From Candidatus Omnitrophota bacterium (GTDB lineage Bacteria; Omnitrophota; Gorgyraeia; Duberdicusellales; 4484-171), in the NCBI GenBank assembly GCA_014729775.1, contig WJJJ01000016.1, forward strand, positions 1 to 58,529: DNA of 58,529 bases, given 5' to 3'. Shown here piece after piece: positions 1 through 9,098 of the stretch. Each line of letters opens with the position of its first letter. Positions within the stretch are counted from its first letter, which is position 1. The notes beneath the pieces are model-generated. The model saw only the letters and a list, made by a program, of their open reading frames with translations, was not told the origin of the DNA and searched no databases. Made by a program: the position numbers and the translations under genes.

Positions 1-2
1 AA

Positions 3-77
3 TGGCTGCCCGGCCTGGACTCGAACCAGGAATGCTTGATCCAGAGTCAAGTGTGTTGCCAATTACACCACCGGGCA
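3..77 (-). tRNA. tRNA-Gln (anticodon CTG)
   Basis: Reverse complement folds as a cloverleaf: TGCCCGG acceptor stem, anticodon arm CTTGA-CTCTGGA-TCAAG, GGTTCGAGTCC T-arm, encoded CCA end. Confidence 0.97.
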
Positions 78-87
78 AAGTTCTATT

Positions 88-116
88 ATTGTATGATTTT
101 TCCTCCCGGTTGACAA
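88..116 (-). promoter_or_regulatory. sigma70-type promoter of tRNA-Gln
   Basis: TTGTCA-17 nt-TACAAT on the minus strand just upstream of the tRNA. Confidence 0.65.
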
Positions 117-168
117 GTGCCTTTTTGAAAAAGCGGCATGGGGCTGTGCTCTCTGCGTGATCCGATCT

Positions 169-684
169 TCAGGGGAGTTCCAGGGACTCAAGAAAAGCAC
201 GATAATGTTTTTCTCTGTGTGCGAATTCCGTTGAAGGAACGGAAAAAGTGATACCGACCACCTGGCCCGGCTGCGGGCAGGTCAGGGCGGTGAAAAACAG
301 TGTTCGTTGTGTGCGCATGAAACCGCCCAGCGGAATCGGGGCGACGGAGTAAACCGCGTATCTCCAGGTATGCCGGGAAGATCTGATTTCGCCTTTTTTT
401 TCTATTTCAGGTAATTTAGGGAGAGGGTAAAACCAGCTTTCCCATTTCAGTTCGCGGACATCCATTATTCCGGGCAGGTCCTTCACGGATATCTCCAGCG
501 TTTCTTCCCGTTCGCGGTGACGGAACCGGGCAGCGCCCCCTCCTGTCCGGTCCGATTCCGGAATCCATTCGTTTTCGAGCTGCAGGGTGATCCCCGTTTC
601 CGGTATCTCGATTATTTCCGGCAGCGCGTTTGGCAGAAACTGCAACGACAGAAAAATATACAGTGCGGTCCGGCAGAGTACCAT
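169..684 (-). CDS. hypothetical exported protein
   Basis: Start moved to MVLCRT (684) to avoid overlap with glnS; hydrophobic N-terminal signal-like segment; no family recognised. Confidence 0.6.
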   Translation of the reverse strand: MVLCRTALYIFLSLQFLPNALPEIIEIPETGITLQLENEWIPESDRTGGGAARFRHREREETLEISVKDLPGIMDVRELKWESWFYPLPKLPEIEKKGEIRSSRHTWRYAVYSVAPIPLGGFMRTQRTLFFTALTCPQPGQVVGITFSVPSTEFAHREKHYRAFLESLELP

Positions 685-742
685 AACGGGTTCATCATAG
701 CATAGCCGGACTCGTGAGGGAAGAGAGAAATACAAGGGGATG

Positions 743-2437
743 TTACGTGGTCCGTGAACCCTGTTTCTTTTGAATCTTGGCCCAGGTGTCGCGCAGGGAA
801 ACGATGCGGTTCCATATCTGCCGTTGGGGCGAGCTGTCCGGATCGAGGGTAAAATATCCCGTACGCTCAAACTGTACCCGTTGACCGGCTACGACGGTCT
901 TAAGTGTCGGTTCCAGGCGGCAGTCGGATAATACGCGGAGCGAATGCGGGTTTAAATTGGAAAGCCACGTCTCGCCTTCGTTTGTTTCAGAAGGATCCCG
1001 GCGGTCGAACAGCGGTTCATATAAGCGCACTTCCGCGGAAACCGCATGCCCGGCCGATACCCAGTGCAGGGTCCCCTTCACTTTTCTGCCGTCGGGGGCA
1101 TCTCCTCCCCGGGTGTCCGGGTCGTAGGTACAGTGTAGTTCCCGGATTCGCCCGGTCTGAGGGTCTTTGATCACCCCGGTACAGGTGATCAGGTAGGCGT
1201 ACCGCAGGCGCACTTCGCGTCCGGGAGCAAGCCGGAAAAATTTCCTCGGCGGGTCCTCGCGGAAATCATTTTGTTCAATGAAGAGTTCACGGCTGAAAGG
1301 CACTTTTCTCGTGCCCTCTCCCGGATTCTCGGGGTTGTTGACCGCCGACAGTTCTTCTTCCCAGTCTTCGGGGTAGTTTACAATAACGACTTTCAAGGGA
1401 TCCAGCACGGCCATATAACGGGGGGCCGATTTGTTCAGTTCTTCCCGGACGCTGTTCTCAAGCACATGAAGATCCACGATGCTGTTGAATTTCGCCACGC
1501 CGATGCGGCGGCAGAACTCGCGGATGGACGAAGGGGTGTATCCTCTTCTCCGTAATCCGGACAGGGTTGGCATCCGGGGATCGTCCCATCCGGGAACGAT
1601 TTTCCGTTCCACCAGTTCCAGCAGCTTCCTTTTGCTTAAAACAGTGTGACCGATATTCAGCCGGGCGAATTCGATCTGCCGGGGATGAGGAACCGGCAGG
1701 CGGTCAAGAAACCAGTCGTATAAAGGGCGGTGGTTTTCGAATTCCAGCGTACAGAGCGAGTGCGTGATCTGTTCCAGGGCATCGCACAGTCCGTGGGCCC
1801 AGTCATAGGTCGGATAGATGCACCATTGATCTCCGGTCCGGTGATGTCTTGCGCGCCGGATCCGGTACATTACCGGATCGCGGAGATTGATATTCGGCGA
1901 CGCCATATCGATTTTCGCCCGCAGTACGCGGGAGCCGTCCGGGAATTCGCCTTTTTTCATGCGGCGAAACAGATCGAGGTTTTCTTTGGGGGGGCGGGAC
2001 CGGAAGGGGCTTTCCCGTCCGGGCTGTGTCAGTGTTCCGCGGAACTCGCGTATTTCTTCCGCCGGAAGGTCGTCCACGTAGGCGTCGCCCTGATCGATTA
2101 ATTTTTCGGCGTATTCGTACAGCTGCGGGAAATAATCGGAGGCGAAATATTCCCGGTCATCCCAGTCAAATCCCAGCCAGCGAACGTCTTCTTTTATCGA
2201 ATCAACGAATTCTTGTTCTTCCTTGCAGGGATTGGTATCGTCAAAGCGCAGGTTGCATTTGCCGTGATATTCCGCCGCCAGGCCGAAGTTCAGGCAGATG
2301 GATTTGGCGTGGCCGATATGGAGATAGCCGTTTGGCTCCGGAGGAAAACGGGTGTGTACTGTTTCCCCGTGCGCGCCGTCACGAAGGTCCTTTTCGATGA
2401 TTTCACGGATAAAATGCGATTTCCTCTCGTCGTTCAT
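743..2437 (-). CDS. glnS: glutamine--tRNA ligase
   Basis: [18 protein letters not shown] (HIGH), [14 protein letters not shown]-terminal QFERTGYF. Confidence 0.97.
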   Translation of the reverse strand: MNDERKSHFIREIIEKDLRDGAHGETVHTRFPPEPNGYLHIGHAKSICLNFGLAAEYHGKCNLRFDDTNPCKEEQEFVDSIKEDVRWLGFDWDDREYFASDYFPQLYEYAEKLIDQGDAYVDDLPAEEIREFRGTLTQPGRESPFRSRPPKENLDLFRRMKKGEFPDGSRVLRAKIDMASPNINLRDPVMYRIRRARHHRTGDQWCIYPTYDWAHGLCDALEQITHSLCTLEFENHRPLYDWFLDRLPVPHPRQIEFARLNIGHTVLSKRKLLELVERKIVPGWDDPRMPTLSGLRRRGYTPSSIREFCRRIGVAKFNSIVDLHVLENSVREELNKSAPRYMAVLDPLKVVIVNYPEDWEEELSAVNNPENPGEGTRKVPFSRELFIEQNDFREDPPRKFFRLAPGREVRLRYAYLITCTGVIKDPQTGRIRELHCTYDPDTRGGDAPDGRKVKGTLHWVSAGHAVSAEVRLYEPLFDRRDPSETNEGETWLSNLNPHSLRVLSDCRLEPTLKTVVAGQRVQFERTGYFTLDPDSSPQRQIWNRIVSLRDTWAKIQKKQGSRTT

Positions 2438-2488
2438 CGTCATTATTATAGGAATTTTCGGAGAAAGGGCAAGAGTTTTTCCGGGCAG

Positions 2489-2845
2489 CTACATCTTCCA
2501 CCAGCGGGAAGTAAACTCCCGGGGGAATACTTTAAAAATGTTTTCGTAGATTTCCTGTTTGACGCTGTCGGAGGCGAAACGGAAGCATAAGCCGACTTCC
2601 CGTCGGGAAGAATGATCGCGGCACCATACGACATTTCCGTTCACTTTTACGGATTTGCCGGGCAGAAAAAAATCAATCGCGCAGGAAGCTGCCGGACGGA
2701 TGGCGGAATCGGTATCGAGCAGAAGGCGGACTCCGCCCATGCTGATATCCTTAATGACTCCCTGACAGGGATTCACAGAAGAGTGGTCGGTAAATTGTAC
2801 GCAGAACGGTGCCTGGAAACGGATACATTTTCTTTTTTCTTCCAT
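2489..2845 (-). CDS. single-domain PilZ protein
   Basis: RxxxR (RKCIR) and D/NxSxxG (DISMGG) c-di-GMP-binding motifs; SD GAGG before MEEKRK. Confidence 0.85.
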   Translation of the reverse strand: MEEKRKCIRFQAPFCVQFTDHSSVNPCQGVIKDISMGGVRLLLDTDSAIRPAASCAIDFFLPGKSVKVNGNVVWCRDHSSRREVGLCFRFASDSVKQEIYENIFKVFPREFTSRWWKM

Positions 2846-2875
2846 TGTTTCCTCTTTTCTATGGGACGGCTGTAT

Positions 2876-2917
2876 AAAAAAAGAACTGGACCCCGTGGCT
2901 TTCCCCCAGAGTCCAGT
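2876..2917 (-). terminator. intrinsic terminator / possible attenuator upstream of the PilZ gene
   Basis: ACTGGACTC-TGG...CCA-CGGGGTCCAGT hairpin followed by TCTTTTTTT on the minus strand. Confidence 0.7.
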
Positions 2918-2927
2918 CATTTCATGT

Positions 2928-2956
2928 ACTTTAGCATAGAATCGCTGCGAATGCAA
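2928..2956 (-). promoter_or_regulatory. sigma70-type promoter (extended -10)
   Basis: TTGCAT-17 nt-TAAAGT with TG extension. Confidence 0.5.
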
Positions 2957-2981
2957 GCAAGAAGAAACATATTCTCCAGAG

Positions 2982-3173
2982 TTACCAGTAATTTTCCTGA
3001 AACCATTTGTCGGCTTTGTACACGGTGGAATAGGTCGCGCACGCGTCGGTGGCGATCCCTTTCCCGACAAAATACGTCGCGGCACCGGCTCCCTTGGCGC
3101 TGTTGTATATCGTATGGCAGCCGGATACCAGCAAAACGGACAGGAGTGCGAGACATATACCGAATTTAGTCAT
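2982..3173 (-). CDS. small lipoprotein (63 aa, entericidin-like layout)
   Basis: Lipobox LVSG-C, amphipathic small-residue helix, SD GGAGGT; overlaps the gltX stop. Confidence 0.75.
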   Translation of the reverse strand: MTKFGICLALLSVLLVSGCHTIYNSAKGAGAATYFVGKGIATDACATYSTVYKADKWFQENYW

Positions 3174-4476
3174 CTGTTTGTTCACCTCCCCAATAGCGTA
3201 ACAAATCGTCAATTCTGTTAAGTACCGTAGTTTTCCCCAGTACATGCATCGTTTCAAACAATCCGGGACCGGTTTTCCCGCCGGTGAGCGCGACGCGCGT
3301 AGGATGCACCAATATCTTCGCTTTTACCCCGTGAGCTTTTACCGTTTTGCGAAATTCGGCCTCGATGTGTTCGGCGGAAAAATCATGCAGCTGCGCCAGC
3401 GTGTTCCTCAGATCCTTGAGGAGAGGTGTCCGATTTTCCCGGAGTATCTCGCCGGCTTCGGGAGAATATCCGTCGAGTTCCGAAAAGCAGAAGCGGGCTT
3501 TCTCGGGAAATTCCGCGAGCGTGACCAGCCGCTCCCGGAAAAGAGAAACAACTTGAGCAAAATATTCCGGGGACGCTTCGGGGAGCTGTTTCCGTTCCTT
3601 CAGATATCTCCGGAGTGTTTCGGTCAAATCCTCCAACGATTTGTTCCGGACATACTCCCCGTTCATCCAATTCAGTTTTTCCAAGGAAAACACCGCGCCG
3701 GTTCTATTGACGGCGGAAAGTTCAAAAATTTTCCGGGCCTCATCCAACGAGAAAATTTCCTGGTCGTTTTTCGGGGACCATCCGAGCAGTAAAAGATAAT
3801 TTGCCAGGGCGTCGGGCAAATATCCCTGTTTCCGGTATTCCCGGAGAGAGGTGGCGCCGAATCTTTTTGAGAGCCGTCCCCCGTCCGGAGAAAGGATCAG
3901 GGGCACATGGGCATATTCAGGGGCGGTAAACCCCATGGCTTGGCACATGAGTACCTGTTTGGGGGTGTTGGAGATATGATCTTCGCCCCGGATCACACAG
4001 GTAATGCCCATGAGCGCGTCGTCCACCGCGCAGCAGAAATTATAGGCGGGGGACCCGTCGCTTTTGATGATTACTTCTTCCGGCCGCGGAAGCTCGGTGA
4101 ACGTGATCTCTCCGCGGATGTGGTCCCGGATGCGTACCTCATCGAACTCATAACGGAAAAATACCGCGCCCTCTTTTTCAAATGCGCGGTCCTCTTTCAG
4201 CAGCGCTTGGGCGTGTTCCCGATACACCTCAAACCGTTGAGATTGATGGTGAAGCTGATCCCAGTCGAGGCCCAGCCAGCGGATGCTTTCCAGGATTTCC
4301 TCCAGATATTCCTGTTTTGACCGGGAAAGGTCGGTGTCTTCTATGCGCAGCAGGAATTCCCCGTTCATGCGGCGGGCGTACAGCCAGTTAAAAAGACAGG
4401 TACGCGCGCCGCCGATATGGAGAAAGCCGGTCGGGGAAGGAGCGAAACGGACCTTAGTCTTGGGATGTGGGTGCAT
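3166..4476 (-). CDS. gltX: glutamate--tRNA ligase
   Basis: VRFAPSPTGFLHIGGART, LRIEDTD, RGEDHISNTPKQ, RLSKR and C-terminal anticodon-binding helices. Confidence 0.96.
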   Translation of the reverse strand: MHPHPKTKVRFAPSPTGFLHIGGARTCLFNWLYARRMNGEFLLRIEDTDLSRSKQEYLEEILESIRWLGLDWDQLHHQSQRFEVYREHAQALLKEDRAFEKEGAVFFRYEFDEVRIRDHIRGEITFTELPRPEEVIIKSDGSPAYNFCCAVDDALMGITCVIRGEDHISNTPKQVLMCQAMGFTAPEYAHVPLILSPDGGRLSKRFGATSLREYRKQGYLPDALANYLLLLGWSPKNDQEIFSLDEARKIFELSAVNRTGAVFSLEKLNWMNGEYVRNKSLEDLTETLRRYLKERKQLPEASPEYFAQVVSLFRERLVTLAEFPEKARFCFSELDGYSPEAGEILRENRTPLLKDLRNTLAQLHDFSAEHIEAEFRKTVKAHGVKAKILVHPTRVALTGGKTGPGLFETMHVLGKTTVLNRIDDLLRYWGGEQTDD

Positions 4477-6400
4477 TGAGAATCCTTTCTTCTCGCGGCG
4501 TTAACTTGATCCCGAATTTTTTCGCGATGCGCGCCGCTTCTTCTTTATTATCCGTGTTCAGGTAAATTTTTGTCAAGAGTTTTTGCGTTTTTTGTGCGTC
4601 CGGATCAAAAAAAAGACTGGTTCGTGCCGCGAGGAGCGCATGATCAAAATCCCTGCGGGCATACGCGATTTTTGCCAGGTAACGGTACGCAGGGGCGTGG
4701 GAAGGATACACTTGAACGATTTGCCTGAAAAGGCGCCGGCTCGGTTCAAGAAAACCGAGCAGGTGAAGGGTTTGTGCTTTCCGGAAGTGTCCGGACACCG
4801 ACGGCAGACGGATACCGAGCGCCTGGAGGTCAAATTCAGGAGCCAGTTCGGAAAAGGAAACTTTGTCCAGCGATCCGCGGTGCCGCTCGTAAAAACCGGG
4901 ATCAATAAAAATAATGCCGTCAGGGCCGAAATACACGCAGGTATATCCCTGTTCATGGAGCACGCCGATGATCGGAGGCGGATCGATTGTGGTGTACGAG
5001 ATGAGAAATCCCCGAAGACGGTAACGATCGATAAGGAATTCAAGAACCTTGCGGTCTCCTTTGAGCGCCCGCTCGTAACGGGAAAAAAAGCGGTGCCCGT
5101 AAAGTTCAGTCCGGCCGTCGATAAAGACCTTTCGATCCGGGAAGAATTTGAATATGAGTTGTGCGCCCGAATTGAAATCGTTGAACATCCTTTCCGGCAG
5201 GGGGTGTGTTTCCATGTAAGCGATCATCTGGTCGGGATGCAGAGAAGGGTCGGTTTCAAAAAAACGAGCGGCCGCCGAAATTCCGTTTTCTCCGGTAAGA
5301 ACCGTTTCCGGCCGGCCGGAGGCGTGCATCAGGGATGCCTGCCGGCCGAACATCTGGGGGAGCAGCCAGACCAGTACGATAATGTGCAGCAGCGTGATCC
5401 CGGGAGGGGTCAGATACCGGTCGAGCACCGCACGTTTGATTTCGGGAAAGACGGCGACAAACAGGATGACGCTGGCGGGGAGATAAAAGTAAATATTCCG
5501 TAACGAATGCAGGGAAAATGCCGTAAGCAAAAGCCATACCAGCACAAAAAACAAATGCCGCCGCCGGGCCAGCGTCAAAGGCAGCGCGGTGCAGAACAGG
5601 TAAATAAAAAAGTGTGAGTGAAGCGAAATGTCGGCGAATGGACTCCGCAGTTCCGAGATGGCCCGGTAGATTATTCTGTTCCCGGGCGTGACGAGATCCC
5701 GAAGGATCCCGAACGGGTACCACAGGGTTTGCAGAGGATAAGGATTTACCAGGCACGCCAGCAGGGAACAGAAAAACATTCTTTTTGCCGTGCCGTAAAA
5801 CGGACGGGAGAAATCCCCGTTTTTGCCCGAAAGTAGGAACACTCCCAGGATGAGCGGTCCGAGGAAATAAAACCCGTGCGAGTTGACCCATAAAATCTGC
5901 AGAAAGGGAAGAAGAAAAAGCATCCGGCGTTTTTTCAGGATAAAAGGGAGCAGGAACAGCACGGCAAATACCAGGCTGAAATTATCGGGCCGCAACAGGA
6001 AACGATACAAAGTGATTTGTAAACCGAAAAACAAAAGAGGGATGCCGAGGACCCAGTCGGTACGCAACAGGAGTCCGGCGAGCAGAAGGAAAAGCAGAGA
6101 GAATATTCCTGCCCGCAGAAAAAACAGTCCCTGGATACCGAATGCGCGGTGTATTCCTCCGAGGAGGACCTGGTAAAGCCACTCGTGGTTTGTCCAGGAG
6201 GTTCCTTCGCGAGTGAAAGAAAAAACGTCTTCTTTGGGAACGGTCTTGTGGTCGAGAATGTACTGGCCGGATTTAATGTGGAAGAAATAATCCAAGCCGT
6301 AAAGGTTTAGCAGAGAGAACGACACCACGAGCGAGAAAAAAAGCCAGAGCACGGGATATTTCAGGAATCGGATTTTGTGCTCTAGCGAAAGGATTTTCAT
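4454..6400 (-). CDS. multi-pass membrane protein with C-terminal TPR (GT-C-like layout)
   Basis: About 10 hydrophobic segments; motifs WTNHEWL, LWVNSHG, FIDGRTELYG; TPR-like helices at the C terminus. Confidence 0.75.
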   Translation of the reverse strand: MKILSLEHKIRFLKYPVLWLFFSLVVSFSLLNLYGLDYFFHIKSGQYILDHKTVPKEDVFSFTREGTSWTNHEWLYQVLLGGIHRAFGIQGLFFLRAGIFSLLFLLLAGLLLRTDWVLGIPLLFFGLQITLYRFLLRPDNFSLVFAVLFLLPFILKKRRMLFLLPFLQILWVNSHGFYFLGPLILGVFLLSGKNGDFSRPFYGTAKRMFFCSLLACLVNPYPLQTLWYPFGILRDLVTPGNRIIYRAISELRSPFADISLHSHFFIYLFCTALPLTLARRRHLFFVLVWLLLTAFSLHSLRNIYFYLPASVILFVAVFPEIKRAVLDRYLTPPGITLLHIIVLVWLLPQMFGRQASLMHASGRPETVLTGENGISAAARFFETDPSLHPDQMIAYMETHPLPERMFNDFNSGAQLIFKFFPDRKVFIDGRTELYGHRFFSRYERALKGDRKVLEFLIDRYRLRGFLISYTTIDPPPIIGVLHEQGYTCVYFGPDGIIFIDPGFYERHRGSLDKVSFSELAPEFDLQALGIRLPSVSGHFRKAQTLHLLGFLEPSRRLFRQIVQVYPSHAPAYRYLAKIAYARRDFDHALLAARTSLFFDPDAQKTQKLLTKIYLNTDNKEEAARIAKKFGIKLTPREERILNAPTSQD

Positions 6401-6406
6401 GAAATA

Positions 6407-6952
6407 TTATCGTCGCGCGTCTGTGTGCGCTTCTTCCATCCCGCGGCGGAAACTGCGCAGATTCGTTTCATGCTTCTCCGGAGGGAAGTATGCCCGCAGT
6501 ACGGTTTCCGCGCAGGCGGCGTCCAGCAGACGCGGAAGGCGCGCGCAGAGAATGCCCAGTGCCACGATGTTCGCCGTTTTGATGCTTCCCTGCTCCAACG
6601 CGATGGAGTTGAGCGGGGAAAGAACCGGAGAAACGGCAAACGCGGAAGACGGGCGCACGCACATGTCTTTATTGAGGATCACCAGGGACGAGGGCCCGAA
6701 AGTTTTTGCGAACTTTTCGACGGACGGATGGTTAAACAAAATTCCCACGTCCGGGATATCGATGAGAGGCGAAGCAATTTGTGACGACGCAATAATGACG
6801 AAACAGTGCGCCGTTCCCCCCCGTACTTCCGCTCCGTAAGAAGGGAACCAGGTGACCGCGTAATTTTTTTTCAACGCGGTCAAGGCAATAATTTTTCCCA
6901 GGCTCATAATGCCCTGGCCTCCGAAACCGGATATAAGAATTTTTGATTTCAT
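6407..6952 (-). CDS. 2-oxoacid:ferredoxin oxidoreductase gamma subunit
   Basis: ISGFGGQGI and PSYGAEVRGGTA; start MKSKIL overlaps the beta-subunit stop. Confidence 0.92.
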   Translation of the reverse strand: MKSKILISGFGGQGIMSLGKIIALTALKKNYAVTWFPSYGAEVRGGTAHCFVIIASSQIASPLIDIPDVGILFNHPSVEKFAKTFGPSSLVILNKDMCVRPSSAFAVSPVLSPLNSIALEQGSIKTANIVALGILCARLPRLLDAACAETVLRAYFPPEKHETNLRSFRRGMEEAHTDARR

Positions 6953-7686
6953 GGCGTTTTGAGAATTCCCGGAGGAAAGACCTTTTTCATTTCGGTATCG
7001 ATCCAGGCCATGGCTTCGACCGGATTTTTCTGCCAGATTGTCGGGCAGGGGCTCAGCACTTCTACCAGTGAAAAACCCCGTTTGTCTAGTTGATGCTGAA
7101 ATGCCGTTTTGATCTGCCGGGCCGTGTCTTGTATTTCTTTCGGACTGGAAAGCGCGCAACGGGCGACAAAGCAGACCCCGGGAAGCTGCGCGAGCAGATC
7201 GCTGATTTTCAGCGGCCAGCCTTCTCCGGTGTCCGGCGTTCGTCCGCAGGGAGTCGTTGCGGTTTTTTGTCCGATAAGAGAAGTGGGCGCCATCTGTCCT
7301 CCCGTCATTCCGTAGCAGGCGTTATTCACAAAAATGCAGGTGAGCCGTTCTCCTCTGTTGGCGGCGTGCACGGTTTCGGCCAGTCCGATCGACGCGAGGT
7401 CCCCGTCTCCCTGGTACGTAAACACGCATAGATCCGGGGATACCCGCTTTATGCCGGTAGCGACCGCGAGCGCCCGCCCGTGCGCGGCTTCCGAGCAGTC
7501 AAAATTCCAATAATTATACGCGACTACCGCGCAGCCTACGGGCGCGACCGCGGCCGTGGTGCGGCGGATATCGAGTTCGTCGATCACTTCACTCACGATC
7601 CTGTGCAGAATGCCGTGGCCGCAGCCCGGACAATAATGCGTTTCCCGGTGCCGAAGTGAGGAAGGACGAAGATACTGTGTGCTCAT
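6949..7686 (-). CDS. 2-oxoacid:ferredoxin oxidoreductase beta (TPP-binding) subunit
   Basis: YCPGCGHG, GDGDLASIG...NN TPP motif, YGMTGGQ; start MSTQYL. Confidence 0.93.
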   Translation of the reverse strand: MSTQYLRPSSLRHRETHYCPGCGHGILHRIVSEVIDELDIRRTTAAVAPVGCAVVAYNYWNFDCSEAAHGRALAVATGIKRVSPDLCVFTYQGDGDLASIGLAETVHAANRGERLTCIFVNNACYGMTGGQMAPTSLIGQKTATTPCGRTPDTGEGWPLKISDLLAQLPGVCFVARCALSSPKEIQDTARQIKTAFQHQLDKRGFSLVEVLSPCPTIWQKNPVEAMAWIDTEMKKVFPPGILKTP

Positions 7687-8738
7687 TTCTCCAATACCTT
7701 TTTCAGATGCGAGACGATGTCCTGGCTGGAGGGTATCCCGCCGCCGGTTTTTCCGAAGAAAAGGACAGGGGTATCCCTGATCACCCGCCGGACGTCTTCC
7801 ACCATTTGTCCCAGTGACTGTTCCACTACGAGCACCATTTTTTTCTCTTTTGCGTGCTTTTTCAGTGCGTGGTCCGGGAAAGGGCAGAGACTGACCGGCC
7901 GGAACAACCCGATTCTCATTCCCTCTTTTGTCAGCAGATCTACCGCTTCTTTCGCGATCCGGGCCTGAGAGCCGTAGGCGATAAGGAGAATCCGCGCGGT
8001 TTCCGGGCCGTAATAAGCGCTTTGCTGTTCTTTTTCCCGAAGCTTCTCCCATTTTTCGCGGAGATGTTCATTGTGACGCTCCAGGCCTCCTTCTTCCAGA
8101 AAGAACGATTTTATGATGTTCGGTCTGCGGCCCTGTGCTCCAGAAAGTGCCCAGGTTTTTTTGGGAAGCGGCCGGGAGAACCGGCTCGCCTCGGGCAGTT
8201 CCACGGCTTCCATCATTTGTCCGATGATTGCGTCAGCCAGGACCAGTACCGGCGTCCGGTAGAAATCGGCAAGGTCAAATGCCTGCATAGTGTGCTGTGC
8301 CGCTTCCTCTACGCTCCAGGGGGCAAGCACCGGCGTGAAATAATCACCGTGGCCGCCGCCCCGGGTTGCCTGGAAATAATCAGCCTGGGAAGACGCGATG
8401 TTCCCTAGCCCCGGGCCGCCGCGCATTACGTTGACCACGACCGCGGGAAGCTCACAGCCGGCAAGATAAGAAATTCCTTCCTGTTTTAAGGAAATCCCGG
8501 GGCTGGAGGAGGACGTCATGGCGCGGGCTCCGGCGGCGGCGGCGCCGAAGACCATATTAATTGCCGCCAGTTCACTTTCCGCCTGTAAAAAGCTCCGTCC
8601 CGATTCTTTCATCCTTCGGGCCATGAACGCGGTCAGTTCATTCTGCGGGGTGATCGGATAACCGGCATACAAGGTGCAGTCGGCGCGGATCGCGCCTTCT
8701 CCTATTGCTTCGTTGCCAGACATGAGGATTTTGTCCAT
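7683..8738 (-). CDS. 2-oxoacid:ferredoxin oxidoreductase alpha subunit (VOR-like)
   Basis: GNEAIGEGA, YAGYPITPQ, QAESELAA, TSSSSPGISLKQE. Confidence 0.93.
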   Translation of the reverse strand: MDKILMSGNEAIGEGAIRADCTLYAGYPITPQNELTAFMARRMKESGRSFLQAESELAAINMVFGAAAAGARAMTSSSSPGISLKQEGISYLAGCELPAVVVNVMRGGPGLGNIASSQADYFQATRGGGHGDYFTPVLAPWSVEEAAQHTMQAFDLADFYRTPVLVLADAIIGQMMEAVELPEASRFSRPLPKKTWALSGAQGRRPNIIKSFFLEEGGLERHNEHLREKWEKLREKEQQSAYYGPETARILLIAYGSQARIAKEAVDLLTKEGMRIGLFRPVSLCPFPDHALKKHAKEKKMVLVVEQSLGQMVEDVRRVIRDTPVLFFGKTGGGIPSSQDIVSHLKKVLEK

Positions 8739-8861
8739 AACACCATACCAAGAGGCGGGGATCTAAGAAGGAAAGGAGCCAAAACCCGGAAATCCGCAGA
8801 TCTCCCGCGTTGTCTCTCTGTTCCTTTGTTGCGGTATTCCTTTGCCTCTTTTTTTCATATT

Positions 8862-9098
8862 CTATGTGTGAGTTTTCTTGGTCTCCGACGGTTCAAGCAG
8901 GTGGACCTCTATGCAGGATTCCGGACAGACGAGATAACAGTATCCACATCCGATACAACGGGTGTGCGGATCGGTACAGGCGTATAATACTCCCTTATTA
9001 TTCATCTCTTCCGAGATCCGCAGATGATGTACCGGGCAGAAATGTATGCAAAGCCGGCACCCCTTGCATTGGTCTGTGTTGATTTTTATTTTTGCCAT
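8862..9098 (-). CDS. 2x[4Fe-4S] ferredoxin (delta subunit)
   Basis: Two CxxCxxCxxxCP motifs; adjacent to the alpha subunit. Confidence 0.92.
   Translation of the reverse strand: MAKIKINTDQCKGCRLCIHFCPVHHLRISEEMNNKGVLYACTDPHTRCIGCGYCYLVCPESCIEVHLLEPSETKKTHT

Noticed and set aside
8755-8811. Inverted repeat sharing an 11-mer (TCTCCCGCGTT) with the riboswitch insert
   Set aside because: Similarity does not extend, so it is plausibly chance; there is no U tract.
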